64,000 bases of DNA from Octopus sinensis (lineage: Eukaryota): contig NC_043003.1 of assembly GCF_006345805.1 (NCBI RefSeq), positions 77,562,001 through 77,626,000 on the forward strand, read 5' to 3'. The position numbers and the translations under genes are program-made. This document shows, in pieces, positions 41,190 to 54,372 of this stretch. The notes beneath the pieces are model-generated. The model was given only the letters and a program-made list of their open reading frames with translations. It did no database searches and had not been told where the DNA came from. The first letter of the stretch is position 1; each line of letters begins with the position of its first letter.

Positions 41190-42491
41190 GGCGTATATAT
41201 ATATATGCGTATATATGTGTACATGGCTGTGTGGTAAAAAGCTTGCTTCTTAACCACAACCACACAGTTCCGGGTTCAGTCCCATTCGCCCTACAACTCC
41301 ATTCACTTTACGAATCGTGCATTTCCGAGTCAGTTCACTAACATTCTTTAGAGAAAACACGAGCATTTACAAAAATAACCGCTTCACCCTTTAACTGTTT
41401 TCTCCATTGCTGGCAATAGGAAGAATTTCAATTCCAATTTATTTCATATATTTCAGAAGCCTTCAAGAAGAAAGTGATTTTGTACTTAAATTGCAGCCTT
41501 GCTTTTTGCTGAGGGCGCATAGCACGGATACACATACATGTACACACATGCACGTGCACATGTACACACATGAACGTGCATATGTGCACACATGCACGTA
41601 CACATACGCGCGCGCGTACGCTGATACATTAGTCACTCGTTAGCAAGTATACCTTGGTAACACATACCATCCTTGCCCTAATTGTTTTAGGTGTCTATAA
41701 ACACGCGAGCAGATACAGAACCCCTCTCATTCTCCTCAGGGATTTTAGAGCAAATGGGAGAGAAAGCAAAATCAGCTACCGGTTTGAACGCTTTACAACT
41801 AATTATATTGAAGCAGCTTGTAATTATAGCGTCTTACTTGAAAACACAATGCGCCGCACAGTTCAAAAACTTAACGCACAGCTTTATGATTACGAGTCAA
41901 ACACGTTAACCACAGGGCAACATACAAGTTAAACCTCACTGAGGTCAAATTTGCTTCCAATCTTTTCGGGATCGATACTTTAAATTAGTCAAGTACTGGC
42001 GGGGTGGGTTTCATCCCGCTCTCAGAATAGATTATGTAGCATTGTGTAGAACTTATGGTGTCCTATCAAAGCGTCTGATTTCAAAAAAAGATGGACTAAT
42101 CTTGGGTCTGTCAGTCGTTTCAGATGAAGTGTGTTTTAAAAATCTTCTAAAGCAACAAGAGAGAATGGCAGCATAGACAGACTGGTGTTTTGTGAGGTGT
42201 GGATCGGTTTACACACTCGCTGGCATACATAATTATCTATGCCTTTTATCTATAACTTGTTTCATGCATTGGGTTGCGACCGCGCTGGGCCACCGCCTTG
42301 AAGGCTTTGGTGGAACAAATCGACCCCAGTAGTTAATTTTCTAAGCCCGTTGTTTTATCGGGCTCTTATAATCATCTACTACTTTACGGTGATGTAAACA
42401 AACCAACACCAGTTGTCAAGTAGTGGTAGGGAACAAACACAATCACAAAGACATATACTTACACACATATATGTATATACATATATATATA

Positions 42492-42563
<72 letters not shown>

Positions 42564-42575
42564 TATATATATATA

Positions 42576-42626
<51 letters not shown>

Positions 42627-42629
42627 TAA

Positions 42630-42828
42630 TCCAAACAAGAAAGCACAAAAATCATAACAACGCGAGGACGTGGAACAAATATAGTATTATTGGACGCTCA
42701 GGAAAGAAGGAAGGAAGGAGGGTTTCACGTTTCGAGCGGAGCTCTTCGTCGGAAACATAGGAGAAGGAAAGATCCACAGAAGGGAAGACAGAGGAAAAAA
42801 AATCGCCAACGGTACATACGAGGTCACA
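42630..42828 (-). mobile_element. Penelope-like terminal fragment with hammerhead-like motif
   Basis: Minus strand is pyrimidine-rich and carries the motif at 42722-42756; family assignment is inference. Confidence 0.4.
42722..42756 (-). ncRNA. minimal hammerhead-like motif (degenerate)
   Basis: GTTT-CCGACGA-A-GAGC/TCC/GCTC-GAAA-CGT-G-AAAC; U4 is C and the cleavage-site base is G. Confidence 0.45.
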
Positions 42829-42830
42829 TT

Positions 42831-43023
42831 TTGGGTTTCAGAAATAGCAATCAACCAGCTAAGGGGCACATTACAAATACAGCTGTAAGTGGAAAAGTAA
42901 AAATATGCAATACTTTTCTCAAGTTCAACACGTAACATTGCTTTTTGTTAGCTACATTCCAGCAACAGAGCTTTGTATCTTTGTTAGAGACCAGGAAGAT
43001 TCAGATGATTAAAAGTAGAAGAG
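42831..43023 (+). mobile_element. CRE/NeSL-like RLE element 3' end, copy a
   Basis: AVSGKVKICNTFLKF stop plus 3' UTR; near-identical to 45781-45990. Confidence 0.7.
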
Positions 43024-43156
43024 AATGTAGATACATAATATATATATATATATACAAATATAGTGTGTAAGTATATATATATAGATATTATATATATATA
43101 TATATATATATATAACACACACACACATATATATATAATATATATAATATATATAT

Positions 43157-43253
<97 letters not shown>

Positions 43254-43938
43254 TGCATATATATATATATATATGCATGCACCACGGGCTTCTTTCAGTT
43301 TCCTTTTACCAGATACACTCAGAGAGCTCTGGTCGGCCCGAGGCTATAATAGAAGACATCTGCCCAAGGTGCCACGCAGTGGGACTGAAGCTGGAACCAT
43401 GTAATTAAGAAACAAACTTCTATCTATCTATCTATCTATCTATCTATCGATCGATCTATCGATCTGCACAAGTAGCGAATAAATATCTAAATAAGAATGC
43501 GAGTGTGTATAAATATATACGATATATATTTGTGTGTGTGTGCCTATGTGTGTTTATTTGTGTGCAAGCTCACATATATTTGTCTGTAGTTTGTGTTAAT
43601 TTCATTATTTTAACGCAAAAATATTTCGTCCGTGTCTGCGTTTTGTGTTCAAATGACATCAGGTCAACCTTGTTTTTCATCCTTTCGGGGTCGATAAAAT
43701 AAGTACCAGCTGAGTACTGAAGTCGATGTATTCGACTAGCACCCTCCTCTAAAATTCCAGGCCTTAGGGATTATTTTAACGCGGAGATCGCGAGCTGGCA
43801 GAAGCTTTACCACGTAGGATAAAGTGCTTAGTGGCATTTCTAGCTTTTTACATTCTGATTTTAAATTCAATCAGGGTCGACTTCTTCTTTCATCTTTTCA
43901 AGGTCCGCAAAATAAGTATCTGTTGAATCCAACAAATT

Positions 43939-44075
43939 AATATCCCTGAGAACTATGTTAAGGGTACGCGAGTCTGTGGCATGCTCAGCCTCTTACACGT
44001 TAATTTCACGAGCCGGTTGTTTCGTTGATCGGATCAACTGGAACACCTGTCATCGTAACCGACGGAGTGCGAAAC
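43939..44075 (+). mobile_element. SINE-C-related tail fragment
   Basis: GTTGATCGGATCAACTGGAAC...CCGACGGAGTGC; reverse complement of 44267-44403. Confidence 0.75.
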
Positions 44076-44266
44076 AGATATAAATGCAAGCCTTGCGCCA
44101 GAATTGAAAACCGTTCCTTTGAAGCTACTTTAAGAACGGAACGTTTACTGAATAAGATGATTCAACACTGAGAGTAAGATGAAATATTTAGCAAAGATTG
44201 CGTTTACGCTTCACCTAACGATTTGTCAACCGGGGAGAGGAGATTCAATTTTTGTTATTTATATTT

Positions 44267-44547
44267 GTTTGGCACTCCGTCGGTTACAACGACGAGGTTT
44301 CCAGTTGATCCGATCAACGAAACAATCTGCTCGTGAAATTAACGTGTAAGTGACTGAGCACTCCACAAATTCGCGTACCTTTAACATAGTTTTCAAGGAA
44401 ATTCAGCGCGACACAGGATACGATAAGGCTGGCCCTGTGAACTACACGTACCACTCATTTTTGCCAGCTGAGTGGACCAGAGGAACGTGAAAGAAAGTAT
44501 CTTGCTCAACGACACAACGCGCCGCCAGGAACCGAGCTCACGCACCT
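44267..44547 (-). mobile_element. SINE-C-related element with a long tail
   Basis: CTCATTTTTGCCAGCTGAGTGGAC...CTTGCTCAA body shared with 6206 (reverse complement). Confidence 0.75.
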
Positions 44548-45092
44548 TCACGGTATTTATGCGTTTATATATAATTTTTCTACGTTTAAATGCATGAAAA
44601 TGAAGCCTCTTTTATCGGTTAAACAAGTCGACAAACGAAACCTAAAGTCCCAGTGAAGTTGAACATTATAATATGTGTGGGCGGATGAGTGTACAGATAG
44701 TCAGTGCAATATAGGTCGATTGGTTAAGAAGTTCGCTTCGCAACCACGACGTTTCAATTTCTATCCCATGGCGTGGTATTTTGGGTAAAATGTTTTTTGT
44801 CTTGCTTCGTGTCCACCCATAACTTATGAGTGACAGTGTACAGTCGGAAACTGTACCAAAGCTCGTCGGAAGAATAGTCTTGTCATACCCTACGTCGCGC
44901 TGATTGTGACTGAGAAATGCGTTAAACGAAATACTCAGCTAATGACCTATTGATTAAGGAGCAAGTTATTCAGATGAACGAACAACTGAATCCGCACAAT
45001 CGACTGACGGATACTCACTAACATGCATACATACACTCATAGTTAGATAGGTAGATAGATACGTACTACGTACGTACATACATACATACTAT

Positions 45093-45245
45093 AAGTAGAA
45101 CAGTAAAACTATGCAAGACTTTTCTCAGGCTTAGAATGTGGCATTGATTACGTTATCTATATTCCAACGATGGAGCTTTGTATCTTTGTTAGAAACCAAT
45201 TCCTTCTAGAAAGGAAGGCTTCAGATAATTAAAAACAGAAAAAAA
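45093..45245 (+). mobile_element. CRE/NeSL-like 3' end, diverged copy b, (TACA)n on both sides
   Basis: GTAAAACTATGCAAGACTTTTCTC...GGAGCTTTGTATCTTTGTTAGAAACC. Confidence 0.65.
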
Positions 45246-45504
45246 CATACATACATACATGGTTTATATATTTAAATACACACACAAACACACGCTCTTA
45301 CCATACATATATATATTAACCATTTTGTCATGTGTATTATTTTAAAGTGAGGATGGAAATTGAAGGATCATAAAATCGATGAAGGCATACACAATTAAGT
45401 AAAATACATATTTTAATATATATTCCATCATTTCATTATGTACACATATGCGTACATGCATTATACGCGCGCGCGCGCGCGTGTGTAAACGCACCGATGC
45501 GTAT

Positions 45505-45990
45505 GAATTTAGGAAGAATAGACCCATCAAGACATCTAGCAAGTGTAAGCATAACGGTCTGAGTTGGTTGTTTGGGATAGGCAAGCATAGACCGTCATAG
45601 AGGTCAGCCGCTCTGCTGACGTGAATATCTTTTTGAAAATCAATGGAAAAGAGGATAACTACCGACAACTGTTTCGAAACCTTCAGCTTCTATACCCAGA
45701 GTATGAATTCACATTTATACCAATAATAACAGGTGAACTTGGTATTGTTATTAAACACCTATATGACACCCTGGAAAAGCTTGGGTTTCAGAAATAGCAA
45801 TCAACCAGCTAAGGGGCACATTACAAATACAGCTGTAAGCGGAAAAGTAAAAATATGCAATACTTTTCTCAAGTTCAACAAGTAACATTGCTTTTTGTTA
45901 GCTACATTCCAGCAACAGAGCTTTGTATCTTTGTTAGAAACCAGCTCCTTTTTTTCTGGAAGATTCAGATGATTAAAAGTAGAAGAGTCT
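45505..45990 (+). mobile_element. CRE/NeSL-like RLE domain plus 3' UTR, copy c
   Basis: PIKTSSKCKHN / ELVVWDRQA*TVIEVSRSADVNIFLKINGKEDNYRQLFRNLQLLYPEYEFTFIPIITGELG..LEKLGF / AVSGKVKICNTFLKFNK*. Confidence 0.8.
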
Positions 45991-46081
45991 TTAGATACAC
46001 ACACGCGCATTTTCACATACATACATACATACATACATACATACATACATACATGCCTAAGTGATACATGCCTAAGTGATA

Positions 46082-46494
46082 AAGGCGGCGAGCTGGCAGA
46101 AACGTTAGCGCGCCGGGCGAAATGCTTAGCGGTATTTCGTCTGCCGTTACGTTCTGAGTTCAAATTCCGCCGAGGTCGACTTTGCCTTTCATCTTTCGGG
46201 TCGATAAATTAAGTACCAGTTACGCACTGGGGTCGATATAATCGACTTAATTCCGTTTGTCTGTCCTGTTTGTCTTCTCTGTGTTAACCCCTTGTGGGTA
46301 GTAAAGAATAGGTATTTCGTCTACCGTTACGTTCTGAGTTCAAATTCCGCCGAGGTCGACTTTGCCTTTCGTCCTTTCGGGGTCGATAAATTAAGTACCA
46401 GTTACGCACTGGGGTCGATGTAACTGACTTTATCCCTTTGTCTGTCCTTGTTTGTCCCCTCTATGTCAAGCTCCTTGTGGGCAATTAAGAAATA
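46082..46494 (+). mobile_element. SINE-B dimer with a 13-bp TSD
   Basis: Full head, two units joined at GGTATTTCGTCT; ATGC(C/T)TAAGTGAT at 46068-80 and 46500-12. Confidence 0.9.
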
Positions 46495-46512
46495 CATAAA
46501 TGCTTAAGTGAT

Positions 46513-46750
46513 TATCTGGATAAGCTGGGGTTTTCGGAAAAAAAAATCAAGCAGCTAAGAAATACAATTGGTAAGCAGAAAAGTATAAATATGCAAGAAT
46601 TTTCTCAAGTTCAACAAGTGATATTGTTTTTGTTATCTACATTCTAACGATGGAGCTTTTGTATCTTTGTATTTCTTTCCTCAGAGGAAGATTTCAAATA
46701 ATTAAAAATAAGAGAACTACAAGATTTCAAATAAATAAAAATAAGAGAAC
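46513..46750 (+). mobile_element. CRE/NeSL-like 3' end, diverged copy d
   Basis: CTGGATAAGCTGGGGTTTTC...TTTTCTCAAGTTCAACAAGT...GGAGCTTTTGTATCTTTG. Confidence 0.65.
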
Positions 46751-47389
46751 TACACACTCGCGCGTGCGCACGCACGCACACAAACACGCATTCGTGGATC
46801 CGTAGTCCTTATCCGATCATTAAACTAGTGAAAGATACTCTTAGAAATGCTGGGCTTCTCGTTTCTCCAACCATTTTTGGTACACCAAAAGGAAAGCAAA
46901 ATCTTTCCCTGTAATCAATTTTACGTACAGGGATTTTTTTCTGACGTAAAGAGACAATAGAACTTTCAGAAGTAGCCACTGTGGTTGGAGCAGGCGTGTA
47001 TCACAATGAAATACCACCGCTTCTGAATTCTTTCTCGATTGCGGAGACACACAGTCTGCGTGCCTCAGTAGGGCCGGTCGCATTCTTCATGCTGCAGCTG
47101 TTCTTTATGCGATTCCGACAATGCTCTCAGAAGTGGTAACACTAGAACACGAGTTGAATTTTAATAAATCACATACACACATGCACATTGAGAACGATCT
47201 ACGTTGAAAATTATTTCACCGAAGTGGATTATACCAATATTTAGCACTCAATACATGGTACGAGTTTAGAGTCGTGGTGTTTGTGTGTGTGTGTGTGCAT
47301 GTGTGAGTGTCTGTATGCGCACGCGCGTGTGTGCGTATGAAGGCTTGTATGTATAACATATACGCATAGAGAGATGTGTTAATGCTTGT

Positions 47390-47433
<44 letters not shown>

Positions 47434-48277
47434 CATACACAAACACAAATACATTAACTGTTATTTGATGTGAAATCTTTAATGGCGCCAATTTCAATTT
47501 TTGAATTGATTTCAGTATTTGTTATACTTGTTTAGGCCCCTATGATCTATTTATGATTAAGGCTCTCCATCCATGAACAGCCTATATAATTTTAAGACAA
47601 TGTGTCAAGTACTACATTATCTAACGTGGCCGTCCTTTTATAAGAATATTACAGGAATATTTGGTAACTATTTCTTGCGGTTTTAGCGAGCACTCAAAGA
47701 CTCCGTCGCAGATTCAAAATAATTTTAGATTAACATCATGGGACTATCAATTAGTGAAAAGGGTGCACGAAAAGAAAGAGATAATTATGTTTATTTTTCG
47801 TTTTTGTGTTTTCTTTCCCAAGTAGCAGGACCTTGTATATTTTGAACACCTGTTTAATAACATTAGTTGTTTTACCTGCTGAAAAGTAAGTTTGGGAAGT
47901 CATAAATAAAGTATGATGAAGTATATATCGGAATACTTAGCTCAATTTTTATAGAAGCAATACGGAACCCACAAAGTCAGCAAGTATGTATGTATGTATG
48001 TATGTGTATGTATGTATGTATGTATGTATGTAGTATGTATGTATGTATGTGTGCTCGAAATACGAGAGTAGAAAAACAGCCAACAACAGATGAAGGGTCG
48101 TCCCTTATGTTGTTTGTCTTGTTTTCCATTTGCGTCATTCGTTGTTCGAAAAAATAGTTCATATTCCATGTATTTTTTGTTGTACACGTTTCGTGACGTC
48201 CTGTGCCCACATATGCATAAATATATATATATATATATACGTATAGATGTAAGTATGTACATATACACATGTAATAT

Positions 48278-48335
<58 letters not shown>

Positions 48336-48854
48336 ATTCTGCCAAGGAATCTAACGCTCTTAGCTTAGTTTTTCCGTGAGGCTGGCCAGATTGAGGCAAT
48401 CCCGAGTATAACCAACCGAAATTGCAAAGATAATCTGGAACTTTTCTGAGGAAAGAAAACTCCGAATGACCTGTCCTTGTTTTCTTTGCATTCGTCTATC
48501 TGGATGTTTTTTTGTCCCTTTTTTGTATCACAAAAGTGTCTGGATGTTATGCGTTCTTGTCCCATTTTGTATTTAATATATATATATATATATGATATAT
48601 ATATATATATATATATATATAGAAAGATAGAAGATAGATAGATAGATATATAGATATAGATATAGATAGATAGATAGATAGATGGATAGATAGATTGAGA
48701 GATAGATAGATACATATAGATATAAATAAATGTATACACACTAAGACACACACATACACACATACATATATACATATATATATAGAGAGAAAGCGAGAGT
48801 GAGTGATAGGTAGTTAGGTAGATAGATGATAGATAGATAGATAGATAGATAGAC

Positions 48855-48908
<54 letters not shown>

Positions 48909-49023
48909 CAATACATACGGACAGACACATACACGCACACATATATACATATACATATATATATATAGATATATATATATTATATATATATAATATTATA
49001 GATATATATATATGTAATATATC

Positions 49024-49057
<34 letters not shown>

Positions 49058-50329
49058 ATATTATATATATATATCTATATTTACAAAGGAAAGAAAGTGC
49101 GATGAACACACGTTGATATATATAAAAAGAAAGGAAACAAACAACAATGGTTAACTAATTAATATAATTGAAAAGCAGAGAGAAAAAAAAAGAAAAAAAA
49201 ATGATTGTAATTCTTACCTGAATTAAGTATGAATACTATTATTAATAATAATAATAGTAATATTCAAGAAGATCGGCAAACTTCTATCACGCGTGTATTG
49301 AACGTTAGTCAATTCGATATTTACTGTCTTTTTTTTTGTTTTTGTTTCTTGCTTTTTGAGTGTGTGTTTTGACTGGACGTTTTGTGTATGAATATGAGAG
49401 CGTGTTTGTTTTGTAGTCGTGTGAATTTACTGGGGCATGTTATTGAAAACAGTTTAAAAGACGAAGATAAGGGTATAATTATTTAGAGATCTATGTGTCT
49501 TTCGATGGAACTTATTAAACATATGTATTTTAGTTAAGTATTAAATATTTTTAGATAACTAATTTTTGCTTTGAAAATAAACAATTAACAGTGTCGTAAA
49601 CAATTATTGGTTGGGCCTGTTTGCTTTTTTTGTTTTTGTTGTAATGGTTGTTTATGTTTTTTTGATGTTGATTTATATGTTGCTTTTGAAAATTTTGGTC
49701 GTGACCGAGTATGTATGTGAGTGTGTGTGAAGGTGTGTGTACTATTTCGTATTGTCTTTTCGTTTTTTGACGAAAGACAGTAAAGTTTAGCTTTGTGTAT
49801 ACAGTCCGACTGTTGTATATAATGTATATAGAATGTATATATAGAGAGATAGAGAGGAGAGAGAGAAAGAAAAAGTGGCAGAGAGGGATAGAGATTATGT
49901 ATATATATTTATAAAGAGAGGGAGAGAGATTATAGAGCAGTGATCCACTCAGCTGCCTTTAAACTAAACTTCCACGACTTCGGTTTAAATAGTAACAAGA
50001 AAGTTGTTGCCAAGACAAGAGACGTCGGTGATGGAGATGGTGGAGAGAGTCGCTGGTAGTGGTAGTGATGGAGATGGAGGGAATGATAGTGGTGGTAGTG
50101 ATGGTGGTAAAGATGAAGGTGATGGTCTTGGAGGGATGACGCTGATGGTGGTGGTGGTGGTGGTGTCGGTGGTGGAAGTGAAGGAAAAGAAGAAGTAAGA
50201 GACGAGATGATGGGGAGGGATAATACGATAATACGATGGTGAGAGTAAACGGTGGAGGTTAGTAGTGGTGATGGAATAGAAAGGGGTATGGGAGGAGTGA
50301 TGACATAGAGACAGAAAGAGGAACGTGCT

Positions 50330-51673
50330 TGTGTTGTATGTATATATGTATGGATGTATGTATGTGTGCATGCGAGCAGTTGTATATGTGTGTGTGCGCA
50401 TGTGAATTAATGCGTGTGCATGTACGCGTGTGTGAGTGCAGCTATCATTATGCGTTTGTGTGTGTATGCGTATATATGTATGTATATAGTGACATATGAA
50501 GTGCGTCAGTATGTGTGTATGTATTTATGTGTCTGTATGTGTCTGTATCACTATACATGTAGTGGGTGTGTGCTCATCAATATATATGAATACGCGTGTA
50601 GTGTATGTTATTAATTAGGTGTGTGTGTGCGTGTGTTTGCGCGCACGCTGGTGCGTGCGTGTGTGCATGTGTATATATCTAAATGCGTGTATGCAGGTGG
50701 TGTGTATATGTGACTGAAAGTGTAGATGTATGGCTCTACCTATGGGGGTGTACTATTTACCAAAAAGTCATGCACGTGCGGGGGTGTATACATATATATA
50801 TATATAATATATATATATATATATACATATGTATATATATATGTATGAGTTACGAACTGCGAAATATTCATAATGCCTCCATATGTATGTATACATGCAT
50901 GTATGCATGTATGCATGCATGCATGTATGTATGTATGTATGCATGCATGTATGTACGTATGTGTATCTGTGCGTGTGTGTGTCTGTGCATCGTATGCACG
51001 TGTCTATAAAGTGGGTGTGTATATGCGCGTGTGTTTGTATGTGTAGGAGGAAGGGGAGGAGAGGAATGAGGAGGTGGATAACTTAGTTTAGAGTGAAGAG
51101 CGAAGATTTGAGGGGGTGGGGGCAAAAGCGAAAATGAAAGTAGGAGGAGAAGCAGGAGGGGAAGAGCCAAAGGAGGGGAAGTCAAATGAAAAGCGCTAGA
51201 CTACCATCATAGTGAGTGGGAGAGCCAGTAATGTGTGGGATAGAGTTTAAGAGGTTGCGAATAATCCCGTTCTGGGGTCGGTGTAGTGGGTAGAGGTAAC
51301 AAAGAAAGAGAGAGAGGGGGGAGGGGGAGAGGGAGAGAAGCTATATGATGATGACGAGAGCGAAAACGGAGAAGGTGGATAAAATTAGTTAAAAGTTAAA
51401 AACACGCACGCACATATACACACATAGACAGTGTGTATATGTGTGTGTGTATGTGTATGCGTGTGTGTGTGTGTGTGGGAGAGAGAGAGAGAGAGAGAAA
51501 GGGAGAGAGAGTAAAGTTATGATATCATGTAGGACAGTAGTGTGTAAGGGTATGTATGTATGTGTGTGTATGTGTGTAATTCTAATATCTTATATAGCAC
51601 TTTCTTACAGTGTAAAGAAGTCATTGCCTTATCAATGTCATCACACTGTCTGTCTGTCTATCTATCTATTTAT

Positions 51674-51758
<85 letters not shown>

Positions 51759-52978
51759 AATTTATCTATCTATCAATTTATCTATTTATGTATGTGTATA
51801 TATATGTTTATATTTAGCTAACTAGTTAACCAAATTTCTGTTTATCTGTCTATCTGTTTGTCTCTTTATCTGACTATATTTATATTTATCTATCTCACCA
51901 TACAAACATCGTCTTAACTATTTATTCGTTGTCGGATTATGTCTATGTATGGTTGCTTGTCTGTGCTTCAACCTATGAGTGTACGCGAAAGAGAAACTTC
52001 GAGTAGTGATTCATGGAAAATATCTATCTGTCTGTCTATGTATGTATGTATGTATGTATGTATGTATGTATGTATGTATGTATGTATGTATGTATGTATC
52101 TATCTATCTATCTATATGTAAATATAGATAGACAGATAGACAGACGGATAATAGATATGCATATATAATATGTATGTCATATATGTAATATAGATATTAT
52201 ATATATATATACTATATATATATCTATATATATATATATATATATATACATACATATATATATATGTAATATACATAGACACATATACATATATAGATAA
52301 TAGATAAATGTATAAACATAAACTCACACCACATATATAACACCATATATACATACATACCTACATATATATATATATAATATATAATATATATATATAT
52401 ATATAATACATATCTATATATAAAATGTATGTGTATATATATATATACATACATAACATATAAGTGTGTGAGTCGTGTGTGTGTGTGTGAGTGTGTGTGT
52501 GTGTGTTAATACTCATGTACATATACAAGAGACAGTTGACGGTGACGATTTATATTTTAATACCCAAGATATCAGGAAACAAAGAGATAGAATGGACCCC
52601 CAAACCGCCCACAGGCTATCCTATCTGACATAGTTATAGACCACGGCTCTGAACCGGTTCCTTATTTCATCGACGATGGCAGAGTTTGAACTCAGTTTGT
52701 GCAGAGTCGTATGAAATTCGGCTATGTATTGTATTCTTAGCTCTAACGATTCAAACAATTACAATACACCGAGTGTGTGTATGTGTGTGAGTGAGGATGT
52801 GCGTGTGTGTACGTCCGTGAGTGAGTGCATGTGTGTGTGTGCGTGTGTGTGTGAGTGTCTGTATACACGTACACATGCATATGGCGAATTAGTAGAGTAC
52901 ACACACACATATGCATGTATATGTTTAATACGTAGGTAGTATGTATAATAGATATTGGGGTTTATATACTATATATGT

Positions 52979-53060
<82 letters not shown>

Positions 53061-53071
53061 ATATATATAAT

Positions 53072-53122
<51 letters not shown>

Positions 53123-53150
53123 GCACATATTTATACATAAAGACACACAT
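50330..53150. repeat. compound microsatellite field (TG, TATG, TATC, TA, AG)
   Basis: Nearly continuous simple repeats. Confidence 0.9.
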
Positions 53151-53811
53151 ACATACACAGACTCCACGACATACGCACATGCAATACTCAACATTTTATT
53201 TTCTCGCGACTAATTCTACGCCCTCTAGCTAATCGAATTTTTGACCACCTTAAAATGTTATTAAAATTATTATAAACTACTAGTATTTTGCAATATTTTA
53301 AGATTTTATAATAGAAAATTGGTTATGCAAAAAGTAAAGTTACGATCAATTTATGTATTAAAATGGAAGACTAACGCAACGGTGCAACTTTTTAGTGGTG
53401 TAATTCTTTTCATATTTCTGTACTATTTTCACTTTAGTTGCTTTTGGGTAAATGTCTTAACTAGAGGATTCTAATTCGGAAAATCGCCTTAAGAGTGATG
53501 CCGTAGCAAAAAATAAAAGAGGATGGGAATGGGATCACATCGGAAGAGGTGTAATGCCTTACATCATCTGTAAAGCATTTTATCTGATAACGCCTGAAAT
53601 GGTCTTGAAATTACCATACTTTGTATTTTTTGTCTTTGCTTCTATCAGTCATTGGACTGCAGCCATGCTGGGACACTGACTTGAAGGGCTTAGTCGAACA
53701 AATCGACCGTTGTACTTAGTTTATAAGATTGGTACTTATTGCATCCACACACGCAAACACACGCACACGCACGCACACACACACACTCACACACATATAT
53801 ATGAATATGCG

Positions 53812-54126
53812 CAGGAGTGGCTGTACGGTAAGTAGCTTGCTTACTAACCACATGGTTCCAGATTTAGTCCCACTGTGTGGTACCTTGGGCAAATGTCTTG
53901 TGCTTTAGCCTCGGGCCGACCAAAGCCTTATGAGTGGATCTCGTAGATGGAAACTGAAAGAAGCCCGTCATGTATATATATCTTCTTTCTTTATCTTTAT
54001 CCCCGTCTATCTTGATAGACAATGGGTTGCGCCAAGGGTGGGGCCTACTTTGATGATGTGCAGCGTCTGCTGTGACTGAACAGTCCAATTCTAGAGTGGC
54101 AGTCCTTGGTACAGTTGCTACCCATC

Positions 54127-54157
<31 letters not shown>

Positions 54158-54162
54158 TGTGT

Positions 54163-54201
<39 letters not shown>

Positions 54202-54372
54202 TGTGTATGTTTGTGTCTATGTTTGTGCTCCTACCATAGCCTGACAGCCGATGCTGGTGTGTTTACGTCACCGTAACTTAGCATTACGGCAAAAGATACC
54301 GATAGAATAAGTACTGGGCTTACAAAGAATAAGTCCTGGGGTCGATTTGTTCAAATGATTGAAACAAAGAAA
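53812..54372 (+). mobile_element. SINE-A with a ~150-bp unrelated insert in its internal microsatellite
   Basis: Head 53812-53970, unrelated 53980-54130, tail resumes near 54210. Confidence 0.7.

Noticed and set aside
41654-41932. 92-aa ORF
   Set aside because: No recognisable homology; its 3' part overlaps a decayed minus-strand SINE head
46841-47160. Non-repetitive-looking stretch with ERIQKR in one minus frame
   Set aside because: Too short and stop-interrupted to call an exon or a CR1/L2 relic; needs a translated search
50004-50198. Gly/Asp/Val-rich 64-aa ORF
   Set aside because: (GGT/GAT)n-derived low complexity with no exon signals
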